49,065 nt of DNA from an uncultured Acidiferrobacterales bacterium (GTDB lineage: Bacteria; Pseudomonadota; Gammaproteobacteria; Acidiferrobacterales; UBA6901). Position numbers and translations under genes: made by a program. The stretch is from contig CAYJBG010000003.1 of the NCBI GenBank assembly GCA_964368085.1, forward strand, positions 1 to 49,065, written 5' to 3'. This document shows, one piece after another, positions 1 to 8,392 of the stretch; positions within the stretch are counted from its first letter, which is position 1, and every line of letters starts with the position of its first letter. The notes under the pieces are model-generated. The model was not told the DNA's origin, ran no database searches, and was given only the letters and a program-made list of their open reading frames with translations.

Positions 1-113
1 ACCTCCTCGGGTATTGTCTACCTTCAAAAGTGTCCGAGGAAGGCGGGTTAGCTCAGATGTTATTTAGTGGGGAAAAATCTGTCCCGGGTTTTGCGTGCGG
101 GCTAGTCAGCCCG

Positions 114-314
114 TTAGCCCTTAAACAGCTCCCCGATGGTGCAGCGCAGCGCCTTACAGATCTGCTGTAAGGTTTTGACGGTAGTGTTTTGAGCGCCGCT
201 TTCGAGACGCGCGAGGGTGGCCTGGCTGATGCCGAGTTTGCGGGCAAAAACGTCCTGCGTCTTGTCGCCGCGTAGCGCCCGGATGTTTCTTGCGAGGATA
301 TCCACCAAGTCCAT
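114..314 (-). CDS. XRE-family (Cro/CI-like) helix-turn-helix transcriptional regulator, 66 aa
   Basis: Complete ORF from the track. RGDKTQDVFARKLGISQATLARLESGAQNTTVKTLQQICKALRCTIGELF is a textbook HTH_XRE pattern. It is divergent from the 403..891 gene. Confidence 0.85.
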   Translation of the reverse strand: MDLVDILARNIRALRGDKTQDVFARKLGISQATLARLESGAQNTTVKTLQQICKALRCTIGELFKG

Positions 315-317
315 GTT

Positions 318-351
318 TCATATGTGAGCACAGAGGAATATTCACATGTGA
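318..351. promoter_or_regulatory. Two operator-like palindromes, TCATATGTGA (318-327) and TCACATGTGA (342-351), in a divergent promoter
   Basis: Read directly. The second copy is a perfect 10-bp palindrome and the first differs at one base. Their centres are 24 bp apart, inside the 88-bp spacer between two divergent HTH genes. Confidence 0.5.
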
Positions 352-402
352 ATAACGGCATGCTAGGATCGTGCCGGAATAACATGAACGGAGTCACGGA
401 CG

Positions 403-891
403 ATGCTCATCTTTACCCGCCACCCCAGTCAGTCGCTTTCCATCCACCCACACCCCACCCTCGATCCCGGGACCCCGGTCGAAGTGCTTTTTGGCGGTGG
501 GCCGATCCAGGTGCAGGTACTTAGGGTGCAGGGGCCGCAGGTACGCCTGGGGGTGGCGGCGCCTTTTGGGCTTTGTATTGCGCGCGAGGAGTTAAGGTCC
601 CAGGCGGTGGTAAATTCCCTGTCCGGGGAGTCGCGGCGCAGACTGGCCCGCAAACTTAAGGTACTGATGGTTCTTAACCTCCATTCCACGCATTCCCTTG
701 CGGTCGCGGCCGGGTTGGCGCCGGCCCGGGTGTTGGCGGCCGAAACTGGGGTGGGGGTAGTCGTCCTCGACGATCTGGAAAAGATCGCACGACTATTGGG
801 GGTGAGGGTGTTGGAACTGTTCTTCTCGCCGGGGCGGACGGCGACGGAGCGATTAATCTTGTGGTTGATGGAGGGAGGGGGGTATAAATAA
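403..891 (+). CDS. CsrA-like RNA-binding domain fused to a C-terminal XRE-type HTH domain, 162 aa
   Basis: The N-terminus MLIFTRHPSQSLSI...VQVLRVQGPQVRLGVAAPFGLCIAREEL follows the CsrA pattern (E. coli [48 protein letters not shown]) with a ~20-aa insertion. The C-terminal half (RRLARKLKVLM..HSLAVAAGLAPARVLAAETGVGVVVLDDLEKIARLLGVRVLELF) looks like HTH_XRE. The ATG at 403 is preceded by ACGGAG. Confidence 0.7.
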   Translation: MLIFTRHPSQSLSIHPHPTLDPGTPVEVLFGGGPIQVQVLRVQGPQVRLGVAAPFGLCIAREELRSQAVVNSLSGESRRRLARKLKVLMVLNLHSTHSLAVAAGLAPARVLAAETGVGVVVLDDLEKIARLLGVRVLELFFSPGRTATERLILWLMEGGGYK

Positions 892-988
892 AATGCTGCC
901 TTCCCGTTTCTCCTCGCTATCCACCGCTCCGTGCGAACAGCCGAGGGAAGCTAGCGTCTCCGAGGTTGGCTCGACGCGGATGTTGAAC

Positions 989-1393
989 TCAAGCTGTCTC
1001 AACACTTTCGATCTTTCTTTTTACATCCATAGGATCGGCGATGTTCTTGAACAGAACATCGCTAAGTCCGCGCCCGGTGACTTTTACGGTACCAAAACCG
1101 AACATACGTCCAGTGATGCCCTGAATGATCTCGACTGTCTCGATAGACGAAATTTTCATTTCTTCTGATTTTCTGCTGATAATCCCCGTCTTTAGAATTA
1201 CGCGCTTGTTTGTGACTCCCTGTTCAATGTTTCGCAGTCTCAGCCATTCCCATAAGGCGAGGAGCAGAGTAATTCCGAAAGTAGGTATTGCCAAAATGAT
1301 CCAGATGACTATTGGGGCTTTAGAGAACCAGTGAAGCTTAAAAAGGTTCCGCACCTCTTCATCTTTTGACAACGATTCTTGGATGTACCCCAT
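989..1393 (-). CDS. Bacterial PH-domain (bPH_2 / YdbT-like, DUF304) membrane protein, 134 aa
   Basis: A TM hairpin (APIVIWIILAIPTFGITLLLALWEWL) is followed by a beta-rich segment, KRVILKTGIISRKSEEMKISSIETVEIIQGITGRMFGFGTVKVTG, typical of bPH domains. The gene is visibly AT-richer than its neighbours. Confidence 0.7.
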   Translation of the reverse strand: MGYIQESLSKDEEVRNLFKLHWFSKAPIVIWIILAIPTFGITLLLALWEWLRLRNIEQGVTNKRVILKTGIISRKSEEMKISSIETVEIIQGITGRMFGFGTVKVTGRGLSDVLFKNIADPMDVKRKIESVETA

Positions 1394-1519
1394 TTGCTAC
1401 TCCTTTTTTGAGTTCTAACGTATGGGCATATATTAAGGGGGTACGCCTAAAAAAACGCTGGGGAGGTGGTTTGTCTCCTAATTAGGGCCGAAAACAATCA
1501 TTTCCAATTCCACACCCGA

Positions 1520-2317
1520 CTACCGCACCAACCCCCACAACATCCGCAACCCAAGCAGCGCCACAAACAGCGCAAAGATGCGCCGCAACGTCGCTTCCGA
1601 CAGGCGGTGGGCGAGGCGCGCACCGAGCGGCGCGGCGGCGGTGCTGGCGACGACGATGCCGGCGAACGCCGGCAGCGCCACGTAGCCGAAACTCCACGGC
1701 GGCAGGCTGGGCTCGTTCCAGCCGGCGACGATGTAGCCGATGGCGCCGCCCACGGCGATGGGCAGGCCGATGGCCGCCGAGGTGCCGATGGCGCGTTTCA
1801 CCGACACGCTGCACCAAGTCATGAACGGCACCGAGAGCGAACCGCCGCCGATGCCGAACAGCGCCGAGGCGATGCCGATGATGGTGCCGGCGAGATTCAT
1901 GCCCAAGACGCCCGGCAGGCGCGCGTGCGCGCGGGTGACGGTGGTGCCGCGCGCGAACTGCGCCGCGACCGCGAACATGAACACCACGAACATCCATTGC
2001 AGGGTGCGGCTCCCGAGATGATCGGCAATCGCCGCGCCGATCAGGGCGCCGACGACTATCGCCGGCGCAATGCGGCGGAAGATCGCCCAGTCGAGCGCGC
2101 CGCGGCGGTGATAGGCGCCGGCCGAAGAAATGGAAGTGAAGACGATGGTCGCGAGCGACGTGCCAAGCGCCAACTGCATGATGATCTGCGGATTGACGCC
2201 ATGGTCCTCGAACACGATCACCAGCACCGGCACGATGAGCGCGCCGCCGCCGATGCCGAGCAGGCCGGCCATCACGCCGGCCAGCCCGCCCATGAGCAGT
2301 AAAGTAACGATCTCCAT
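1520..2317 (-). CDS. TauE/SafE (TSUP) family anion-exporter membrane protein
   Basis: 265-aa polytopic protein with a Gly-rich duplicated 4-TM pattern (GLLGIGGGALIVP ... LFGIGGGSLSVP) characteristic of TSUP/TauE. Confidence 0.8.
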   Translation of the reverse strand: MEIVTLLLMGGLAGVMAGLLGIGGGALIVPVLVIVFEDHGVNPQIIMQLALGTSLATIVFTSISSAGAYHRRGALDWAIFRRIAPAIVVGALIGAAIADHLGSRTLQWMFVVFMFAVAAQFARGTTVTRAHARLPGVLGMNLAGTIIGIASALFGIGGGSLSVPFMTWCSVSVKRAIGTSAAIGLPIAVGGAIGYIVAGWNEPSLPPWSFGYVALPAFAGIVVASTAAAPLGARLAHRLSEATLRRIFALFVALLGLRMLWGLVR

Positions 2318-2388
2318 ATCCGGGCTAGCTCCGTTGGGTGGCGGGTGCGGGCAACAAAAAACAAGACCCGGGATGCGCCGCCTTGAGG

Positions 2389-3789
2389 CTACGCGGGCGT
2401 CGCGACGGCATTCCAGATCGTCGCGAGCTTCTTTTGCTCGCGTTGCAGGGAACGCGACATGGCGACATGGCCGTTGCCGACAAAACCCTCGTGGTTGGCG
2501 ATGACATCGTCGGGATCGTAAAGGTAGTTCACCATGACGCTGAAGGATTCCTCCAGACGCGCGGCGGATTCGTCCGCAAAGACGTTGATGCGCTCCAGGC
2601 GCGCGCCGTTCGCAAGATGGAAACGCGCGACCGGATCGAAGACATCGGGTTCGCGCGGCAGCAGCGAAAGATAGGCAAGCGCCAGCCGCTCCAGCGGCGC
2701 CGCCAGCACGGCGCGTGGCGCCTCGGCACGCGCCAGCAGCGTCATTAACGCCTCCACCGGAGGTTCGCCGCCGCTTGCCTGGCGGAGCGGTTCGGCGTGT
2801 TCCTGCAGCAAGGCCTCCAGCCGCGCCCGGCTGAAATCGCGGTGCTCATTGCGCACCGCCGCCCGCAGCGTCGCCGCGAACCCGGGCAGCGGCGAGAGCG
2901 TCGCAAAGAGCTTGAGATGAGGCAACTCTTGCTGCAGGTCTTCGGCCACCTGTTTGATCAGCAGGTTGCCGAACGACAGACCACGCAAACCGGGTTGGGT
3001 GCTGTTGATCGAAATGAACATGGCGGTGTTCGCGTCCCTCGCTTGCAGCAGCGGCGCCTGGTCATCGAGCAGCGGCGTTACCTTGTCGGCCATGCCGTGC
3101 ACCAGCGCCACCTCCAGAAAAATAAGCGGCTCCTCCGGCAGCGCCGGATGAAAGAAGGCGAAGCAGCGGCGGTCGGCCGCCAAGCGGCGGCGCAGGTCGT
3201 CCCAGCTTTTGATGGTCTGCACCATGTCGTAACGAATCAGTTTTTCCAGCAGGTTCGCGGGGCTGTGCCAGTCGATGCGTTCAAGCCGCAAGAAGCCGCG
3301 ATTAAACCAGGAGGCGAGCAGATGCTTCATGTCCGCGTCCACGACCTTGAGCGGCGGGTGCCGCGCCAGCAACCCGAGAAGCTCGGCGCGCATGGCTACG
3401 AGCGCCGCCGTACCATTCGGCGCCATGTTGATGCGCCGGAAAAGTTCCTGACGCGGCGGCTCCACCGCGGCAATGAGCCGGAGCAAGGCGTTGGTGTCGT
3501 TCGAGCGCTGGTATTCTTCGGCGGCCGCGCGGATGGCGGAGGCGTCTGGACCGAAATCGACGGCGAGCATCTCGAAAAACGCCCTGCGTCCCTCGCGGTC
3601 CATGTGTTCGTAAGCGCGCAACACCTCGCGCGAAAGCGCCGTGCCGGTGGCCTCACCCACCCCGGACAGCAGCGCACGGCACAGCGAGCCGAGGCGCGGG
3701 TCGGCGGCCTCCTCGGTGCGCAAGTGCAAAAACTCGCGGCCGCGGTCGGCGATTCGTTCCAGGAATTTTTCCAGCCAATAGCGTTTCAT
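2389..3789 (-). CDS. matA: Malonyl-CoA decarboxylase
   Basis: 466 aa. MCD-type motifs are present (FFHPALPEEPLIFLEVAL, FATLSPLPGF, VMVNYLY). It lies in an operon with a TRAP system and opposite a MatB-like ligase. Confidence 0.8.
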   Translation of the reverse strand: MKRYWLEKFLERIADRGREFLHLRTEEAADPRLGSLCRALLSGVGEATGTALSREVLRAYEHMDREGRRAFFEMLAVDFGPDASAIRAAAEEYQRSNDTNALLRLIAAVEPPRQELFRRINMAPNGTAALVAMRAELLGLLARHPPLKVVDADMKHLLASWFNRGFLRLERIDWHSPANLLEKLIRYDMVQTIKSWDDLRRRLAADRRCFAFFHPALPEEPLIFLEVALVHGMADKVTPLLDDQAPLLQARDANTAMFISINSTQPGLRGLSFGNLLIKQVAEDLQQELPHLKLFATLSPLPGFAATLRAAVRNEHRDFSRARLEALLQEHAEPLRQASGGEPPVEALMTLLARAEAPRAVLAAPLERLALAYLSLLPREPDVFDPVARFHLANGARLERINVFADESAARLEESFSVMVNYLYDPDDVIANHEGFVGNGHVAMSRSLQREQKKLATIWNAVATPA

Positions 3790-3986
3790 CGAACTGCCTA
3801 ACCCGCGCTTCCATCCAGTGTACAGCCAGAAAGGGCGTCGACCGTGAATACACCCGGCGGCTTACCGGCCGGTTCGCGCCTCCCATCGGAACCAGGCCCG
3901 GGATTTCCATCGGGATCCTTGCATGGCGGACAATCGCGGTCGAGATCGACTACCGGATACTTCTCACCGTTTCACCGGCCGTGTCG

Positions 3987-5303
3987 TCATTTTGCGATCC
4001 CCATCAGCCTATCGGGCAGCCAGGTGGCGATCTCCGGGAAGAAGCACAGGATCAGAATCGCGAGGAACATGCAGAGCACGTAGGGAATCGTGCCCCACAT
4101 GACCGTGGTCAACGGAACGTCGGGGGCGATCGCGTTCACGATATAGATGTTCAGCCCCACGGGCGGATGGATAAGGCCGATTTCCATGTTGATGGTCATG
4201 ATAACGCCGAACCAGATCGGATCGAAACCCGCCGCGGTGATGATGGGAAGAAGAATGGGGCTGGTCATGAGGATAATCGCCGCCGGCGGGATGAAAAAGC
4301 CGCAAACCAGCAGGAACAGGTTGATGAGCCCCATCAGCACCCATTTGTTTACCTGCATGTCCGCGATCGCCTGCGCCAGCGTCTGGGTCAAATAAAGCGA
4401 GGTCAGCATGTAACCGAACAGCACGGCCGCCGCGATGATCGTCAGGATCATCACCGATTCGCGCGTGGTATCGCGCAGGATCGCCCACCATTTCTGCGGG
4501 CTCCACATGCGATAGATCACGACGGCAAAGACCACGCACAGCGCCGCGCCGACGCCCGCGGCCTCGGACGGGGTCGCCACACCCCCGTAGAGCGCGTACA
4601 TCACGCCGACGATGATGGCGACGAACGGGGTGATCTTCGGGATCGACTGGAATTTCTCTTTCCAGCTGTAGCGGAAATCCGGGGCGTGCGCGTGAATACC
4701 GCGCTTCCACATGATGAACAGCGTCCACAGCATGAACAGGCCGGTAAGCATGATGCCGGGCAGCACGCCGGCGAGAAACAGCCTCCCGATCGAGCTCTCG
4801 GTGGCGATGCCATACAGGATGAAGGTGAGCGACGGCGGGATGAGAATGCCGAGCGTGCCGCCGGCGCAGATGGAGCCGGTGGCGACGTCGTCGGGTACGC
4901 CGCGCCGGCGCATCTCGGGAATGCCCATTTTTCCGATCGCGGCGCAGCACGCGGGCGACGAGCCCGTGAGCGCGGCGAATATGCTGCAAGCGCCGATGTT
5001 CGAAATAACCAGCCCGCCGGGCACCCGGTAGAGCCAACGGTCGAGCGCCTCGTACAAGTCCTTGCCGGCGGGCGAAGCGCCGATCGCGGCGCCCATCATC
5101 ACAAACATCGGGATCGACACGAGCGTGAAATCATGCAGCCCGGCGTACAACATCTCGGCCACGACGTGCAGCGAGTCGAAGCCCTGGAAAATGACAAGGA
5201 ACACAATTGACATGATACCCAGCCCGAATGCCACCGGCACGCCCGAGAGCAGCATCATGAGCGTGAGGATGAGCACGAGCGTGCCTTGCACCGTCGGGCT
5301 CAT
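3987..5303 (-). CDS. TRAP transporter large permease (DctM family)
   Basis: 438-aa, ~12-TM protein with typical DctM sequence. A 4-nt overlap with the upstream DctQ gene is the canonical TRAP arrangement. Confidence 0.9.
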   Translation of the reverse strand: MSPTVQGTLVLILTLMMLLSGVPVAFGLGIMSIVFLVIFQGFDSLHVVAEMLYAGLHDFTLVSIPMFVMMGAAIGASPAGKDLYEALDRWLYRVPGGLVISNIGACSIFAALTGSSPACCAAIGKMGIPEMRRRGVPDDVATGSICAGGTLGILIPPSLTFILYGIATESSIGRLFLAGVLPGIMLTGLFMLWTLFIMWKRGIHAHAPDFRYSWKEKFQSIPKITPFVAIIVGVMYALYGGVATPSEAAGVGAALCVVFAVVIYRMWSPQKWWAILRDTTRESVMILTIIAAAVLFGYMLTSLYLTQTLAQAIADMQVNKWVLMGLINLFLLVCGFFIPPAAIILMTSPILLPIITAAGFDPIWFGVIMTINMEIGLIHPPVGLNIYIVNAIAPDVPLTTVMWGTIPYVLCMFLAILILCFFPEIATWLPDRLMGIAK

Positions 5304-5818
5304 GGCTTGCGCTCCTTGGTGATGCCGAATGGCGCTTCGCGCCCGGAAATCAGACCGATCAGCTCAACGACGCACTGAAGCGTGAGCATCCCAAAGCCGA
5401 TCGGCATCGAGGCGTAGGGAATCCACAGGCGCGTGCGCCACATCGTGTCCGAGACCCACTTGTTGTCGAAGGCTTCCTTCCATAGTTGGAAGGTGAGCAC
5501 CGTGACCACGAGCGCGAACACGAGCGTCAGGACGCCGGCGGAGACGGCGAGCCACCAGCGCGCGCGCGGTCCGGCGTAGTGGGGGAGCACGTCGACGTTG
5601 ACGTGCCCGCGCGTCATCAGTACGTACGAACTGCCGATGAAGGTCGCGCCGACGAGGCAATAGGTCGTGAAATCGGTCTGCCAGATGGTGTGCCCGTTAA
5701 GCACATAGCGTACGAACACCATGTGGCAGACGACGAGCACGGCCGCCGCGATCATGCCGGCGGCGGCGTAGCCGCCGAGCTGGGAAATAAATCGGATGAC
5801 GCGGACGTAAGTTTGCAT
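5300..5818 (-). CDS. TRAP transporter small permease (DctQ family)
   Basis: 172-aa 4-TM protein located between the DctP and DctM genes. Confidence 0.85.
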   Translation of the reverse strand: MQTYVRVIRFISQLGGYAAAGMIAAAVLVVCHMVFVRYVLNGHTIWQTDFTTYCLVGATFIGSSYVLMTRGHVNVDVLPHYAGPRARWWLAVSAGVLTLVFALVVTVLTFQLWKEAFDNKWVSDTMWRTRLWIPYASMPIGFGMLTLQCVVELIGLISGREAPFGITKERKP

Positions 5819-5894
5819 CGCTACCCCGGGCCGTGCACGCCGGACAAAAATCAGGGGCGGCTCACGCCGCCCCTGGTTCCGTGCAACGGCGCTG

Positions 5895-6905
5895 TTATTT
5901 CACGCTCAGCGCTTTGTCAATCAGCTTCTGGCCGGCCGGCACTTCATTGGCGAACACGGCGTAGGAACTCTTGCGCGCAACTGCAATCCATTGATCATAT
6001 TCGGCTGCAGTCAGTGTCACGACTTCGACGTTGTTGTCCTTGAACACCTTGACCATTTTGTCGTCGAGGCCCTTGGCCTCCTTGGCGAAGTAGGCCTCGG
6101 ACTTTTTACCGGCCGCGAGCAGTACTTCCTGCTGCTGCTTGTTCAGGCGGTTGAAGCTCTTCTTCGACATGAGCACGGGCTCGTACATGAACCACAGCGC
6201 GTTTTCGCCCGGCGCGGTGATGCATTTCACCTGTTCGTAAACCCGGAACGAGACGAAGCTGCCCGAGCTGGTGTCGGTCGCGTCGGCGACGCCGGTCTGA
6301 AGGGCGTTATAGACCTCGTTCGACGGCACTGAGACGATCGAAGCGCCGGCCTCCTGCCACATCGCGGCGAAGGTCGGGCCGGCGGAACGTATCTTGAGCC
6401 CTTTCATGTCGGCCGGGACGCGGATGCAGCCGCCCTTGGACGCCACGGCGCCCGCGAGCCAGGCGTCGGCCAGCACCATCGCGCCGGCCTTGTCGATCTC
6501 CGCCTTGATCTCCTTCATGAACGACGAATCGTTCATGCGCGCCGCGCGCTCGTGGTTGCGCACCAGCCCCGGCATGAGCGTGGCGCTGAACGCGCGCACC
6601 TTGCCACTCGCGTAGTCGAGCGGCAGGGCGGTGATGTCGAGCTGGCCGCCGACGAGCGCGTTCCATTGTTCTTGCGCCTTGAACAGCGACGCGCCGGGAT
6701 AGACCTGGATTTCCAGACCGACATTCGCCGCTTTGGCTTCGCGCGCGATAATCTGCACCATCTCGTCGCGTACGTCGCCCTTGCCGCCCGGGAACTGGTG
6801 CGAGGCTTTGAGTACGAGGTCCGCGGCAGTCACGGGAACGGAAACGGAAACGAAACCCGCGCCGGCCAGCAGGGCCAACGCGGTGAACTTGGCAAATAGA
6901 GACAT
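5895..6905 (-). CDS. TRAP transporter substrate-binding protein (DctP family), candidate malonate receptor
   Basis: 336 aa. It has a signal peptide (LLAGAGFVSVSVPVTA/AD) and a DctP-type body. It is the first gene of the dctPQM-matA string. Confidence 0.9.
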   Translation of the reverse strand: MSLFAKFTALALLAGAGFVSVSVPVTAADLVLKASHQFPGGKGDVRDEMVQIIAREAKAANVGLEIQVYPGASLFKAQEQWNALVGGQLDITALPLDYASGKVRAFSATLMPGLVRNHERAARMNDSSFMKEIKAEIDKAGAMVLADAWLAGAVASKGGCIRVPADMKGLKIRSAGPTFAAMWQEAGASIVSVPSNEVYNALQTGVADATDTSSGSFVSFRVYEQVKCITAPGENALWFMYEPVLMSKKSFNRLNKQQQEVLLAAGKKSEAYFAKEAKGLDDKMVKVFKDNNVEVVTLTAAEYDQWIAVARKSSYAVFANEVPAGQKLIDKALSVK

Positions 6906-7140
6906 GAATTCCTCCTACCTAAATATAGGGTGTGCGTTTGACGACGGATCGTTCGAGCGTTGTTATTATCGCCTTGTCGGGCCCGGGAACAGACAACTCC
7001 CCACGACCGCGGTATCCCTTACCGCAGGCCCAACACGGTACCCGATCTTTAACGATGCTTGATTATTCGTGGCCAGCCTCTGTCCTGTCAAGACAAATGC
7101 ACCGTGCCCGGAAACCCCTATACCCTCCACCGCACAAAAC

Positions 7141-7335
7141 TCACCCGGAAGTGGCATTTTCCCGGCAGATCAGGGTGCGTCCGACGGTGGTTTTACCGCA
7201 GCCGGACTCGCCTGCCAGACCCAGGGTCTCGCCCGGATAAATGTCGAAGGAGACGCCGTTAACCGCGCGTACCACGCCTTTGGTGCCGCCAAGCGGTTTT
7301 TTGACCCATCGCCTATGCCGAAAAACGTAGTGAAC
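7141..7335 (-). pseudogene. Remnant of an Opp/Dpp-type ABC transporter ATP-binding gene (N-terminal ~60 codons including Walker A)
   Basis: The minus-strand translation reads ..[64 protein letters not shown]. It has no start codon. It begins immediately after, and in frame with, the stop codon of the 7342..8097 gene, and it terminates just after Walker A. Confidence 0.7.
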
Positions 7336-7341
7336 ACGCTG

Positions 7342-8097
7342 TCAATACTTTCCGGAAAGCAACGAGCCGGCCTTCGGCACCATAGTCTTCAGGCCCAGTT
7401 TTTTAAGCATCTGATAAGTCGTGCAAACGGAGGCTGAGACCACCGGCAATCCGTAGCGGTCCTCTACTGCCTGAATTGCCGCAAGCGATGGCATCTGTAC
7501 GCAGGCGGATAAAATGATCGCGTCGACATCCTTGGTATTGAGTTTCTTGACGATCTCGGCCGGAGCCATGGGGTCGAGCGCACCGACTTTCAGGTTATTG
7601 GCGATTTCCAGCGAGATGCTATCCTGCACTTCGATACCTTCGTTTTCGATGTAATCGATTACCAGATGGGTCAGCGGTTTCATGTACGGGGCGATAAGGG
7701 CAATCTTCTTCGCTCGGAGGACGTGCAAGCCGTCGATCAAGGCGCCCGCGCTGGTGACCACGGGGGTTGGTGCGCCGTTGTCGGCCGTCACTTTGTGCAG
7801 GCGGGATTCGGAAACCCGATGATAACCATGCCCCATGCTCATGATCGCCACCAGGCAGGCGTAGCCCATCACGTCCACGCGCGCGTCCGAGAGTTCGACG
7901 GCGCAGCGGTTGGAATCGCCATCCATGGCCGCCAACTCTTCCTTGGTGACTTCCCGCATGCGCATCCGGCTCGAATGGAAAGTGAAGCGCTCCGGCTCGA
8001 CGCCTTCGCGCGCCCGCAACATGGCGGGGATCTCCGTTTCCATAGTAGTGTTGGAACTCGGCACGATTTGGCCGATACGGTAACTTGTCTTGCTCAT
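7342..8097 (-). CDS. Asp/Glu/hydantoin-racemase superfamily enzyme, maleate cis-trans isomerase / arylmalonate decarboxylase-like, 251 aa
   Basis: MSKTSYRIGQIVPSSNTTMETEIP is the family N-terminal motif. Two candidate catalytic Cys are present (YACLVAIM and LSACVQMPS). The start was trimmed to the ATG at 8097 (track ORF 7342..8154). Confidence 0.75.
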   Translation of the reverse strand: MSKTSYRIGQIVPSSNTTMETEIPAMLRAREGVEPERFTFHSSRMRMREVTKEELAAMDGDSNRCAVELSDARVDVMGYACLVAIMSMGHGYHRVSESRLHKVTADNGAPTPVVTSAGALIDGLHVLRAKKIALIAPYMKPLTHLVIDYIENEGIEVQDSISLEIANNLKVGALDPMAPAEIVKKLNTKDVDAIILSACVQMPSLAAIQAVEDRYGLPVVSASVCTTYQMLKKLGLKTMVPKAGSLLSGKY

Positions 8098-8107
8098 TGC
8101 TTGCCCC

Positions 8108-8262
8108 TCAAACTCTGACCGCGGCCAGGCCCTTGAAGCCGGACGGCGGCGCAATGAGGCTGTTGAGCCGCGCCGCGCGCTCGTGTCTGCGCGTCAGCCC
8201 CGGCATGAGCGAGGCGCTGAACGCACGCGCCTCGCCGCTGCTGTACGGCGGAGTGGACAGTG
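8108..8262 (-). pseudogene. Remnant (~50 codons) of a TRAP DctP-type solute-binding gene
   Basis: The minus-strand translation ..PPYSSGEARAFSASLMPGLTRRHERAARLNSLIAPPSGFKGLAAVRV* matches ..LDYASGKVRAFSATLMPGLVRNHERAARMN.. of the intact DctP at 5895..6905. The DNA is also visibly similar over ~75 nt (compare 6541-6615). The upstream limit is approximate. Confidence 0.7.
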
Positions 8263-8392
8263 ATACTTGTTCCGGGGCTCACAATCGTTGTTTCATACGC
8301 CGGTGGGTCGCGGCACGAATTTTCGTTACGATGGTGCAAGCGCCGGACTCCTCGGAGTATTCGCCGCCGAGCTGGCGCCTGTCAAGAAACAG

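Noticed and set aside
1-1460. Calling the left edge a prophage, ICE or mobile element
   Set aside because: There is only a regulator pair and one low-GC gene. No integrase, att site, tRNA or structural genes are inside the window. It is reported as a hypothesis, not as a mobile_element feature.
1466-2302. 278-aa plus-strand ORF, and similar long antisense ORFs at 3981..5210, 9946..11313, 10422..11867, 24514..25236, 26187..27161 and 28038..29153
   Set aside because: Each one overlaps a convincingly assigned gene on the other strand or in another frame. Each translates to Arg/Gly/Ala/Pro/His-rich sequence without motifs.
8267-8392. Upstream TTG-initiated extension of the matB ORF
   Set aside because: The extension runs antisense across the DctP-remnant/promoter region and has no MatB homology. 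The MatB-like sequence begins at the ATG at 8393 (MTDNFYALL...).
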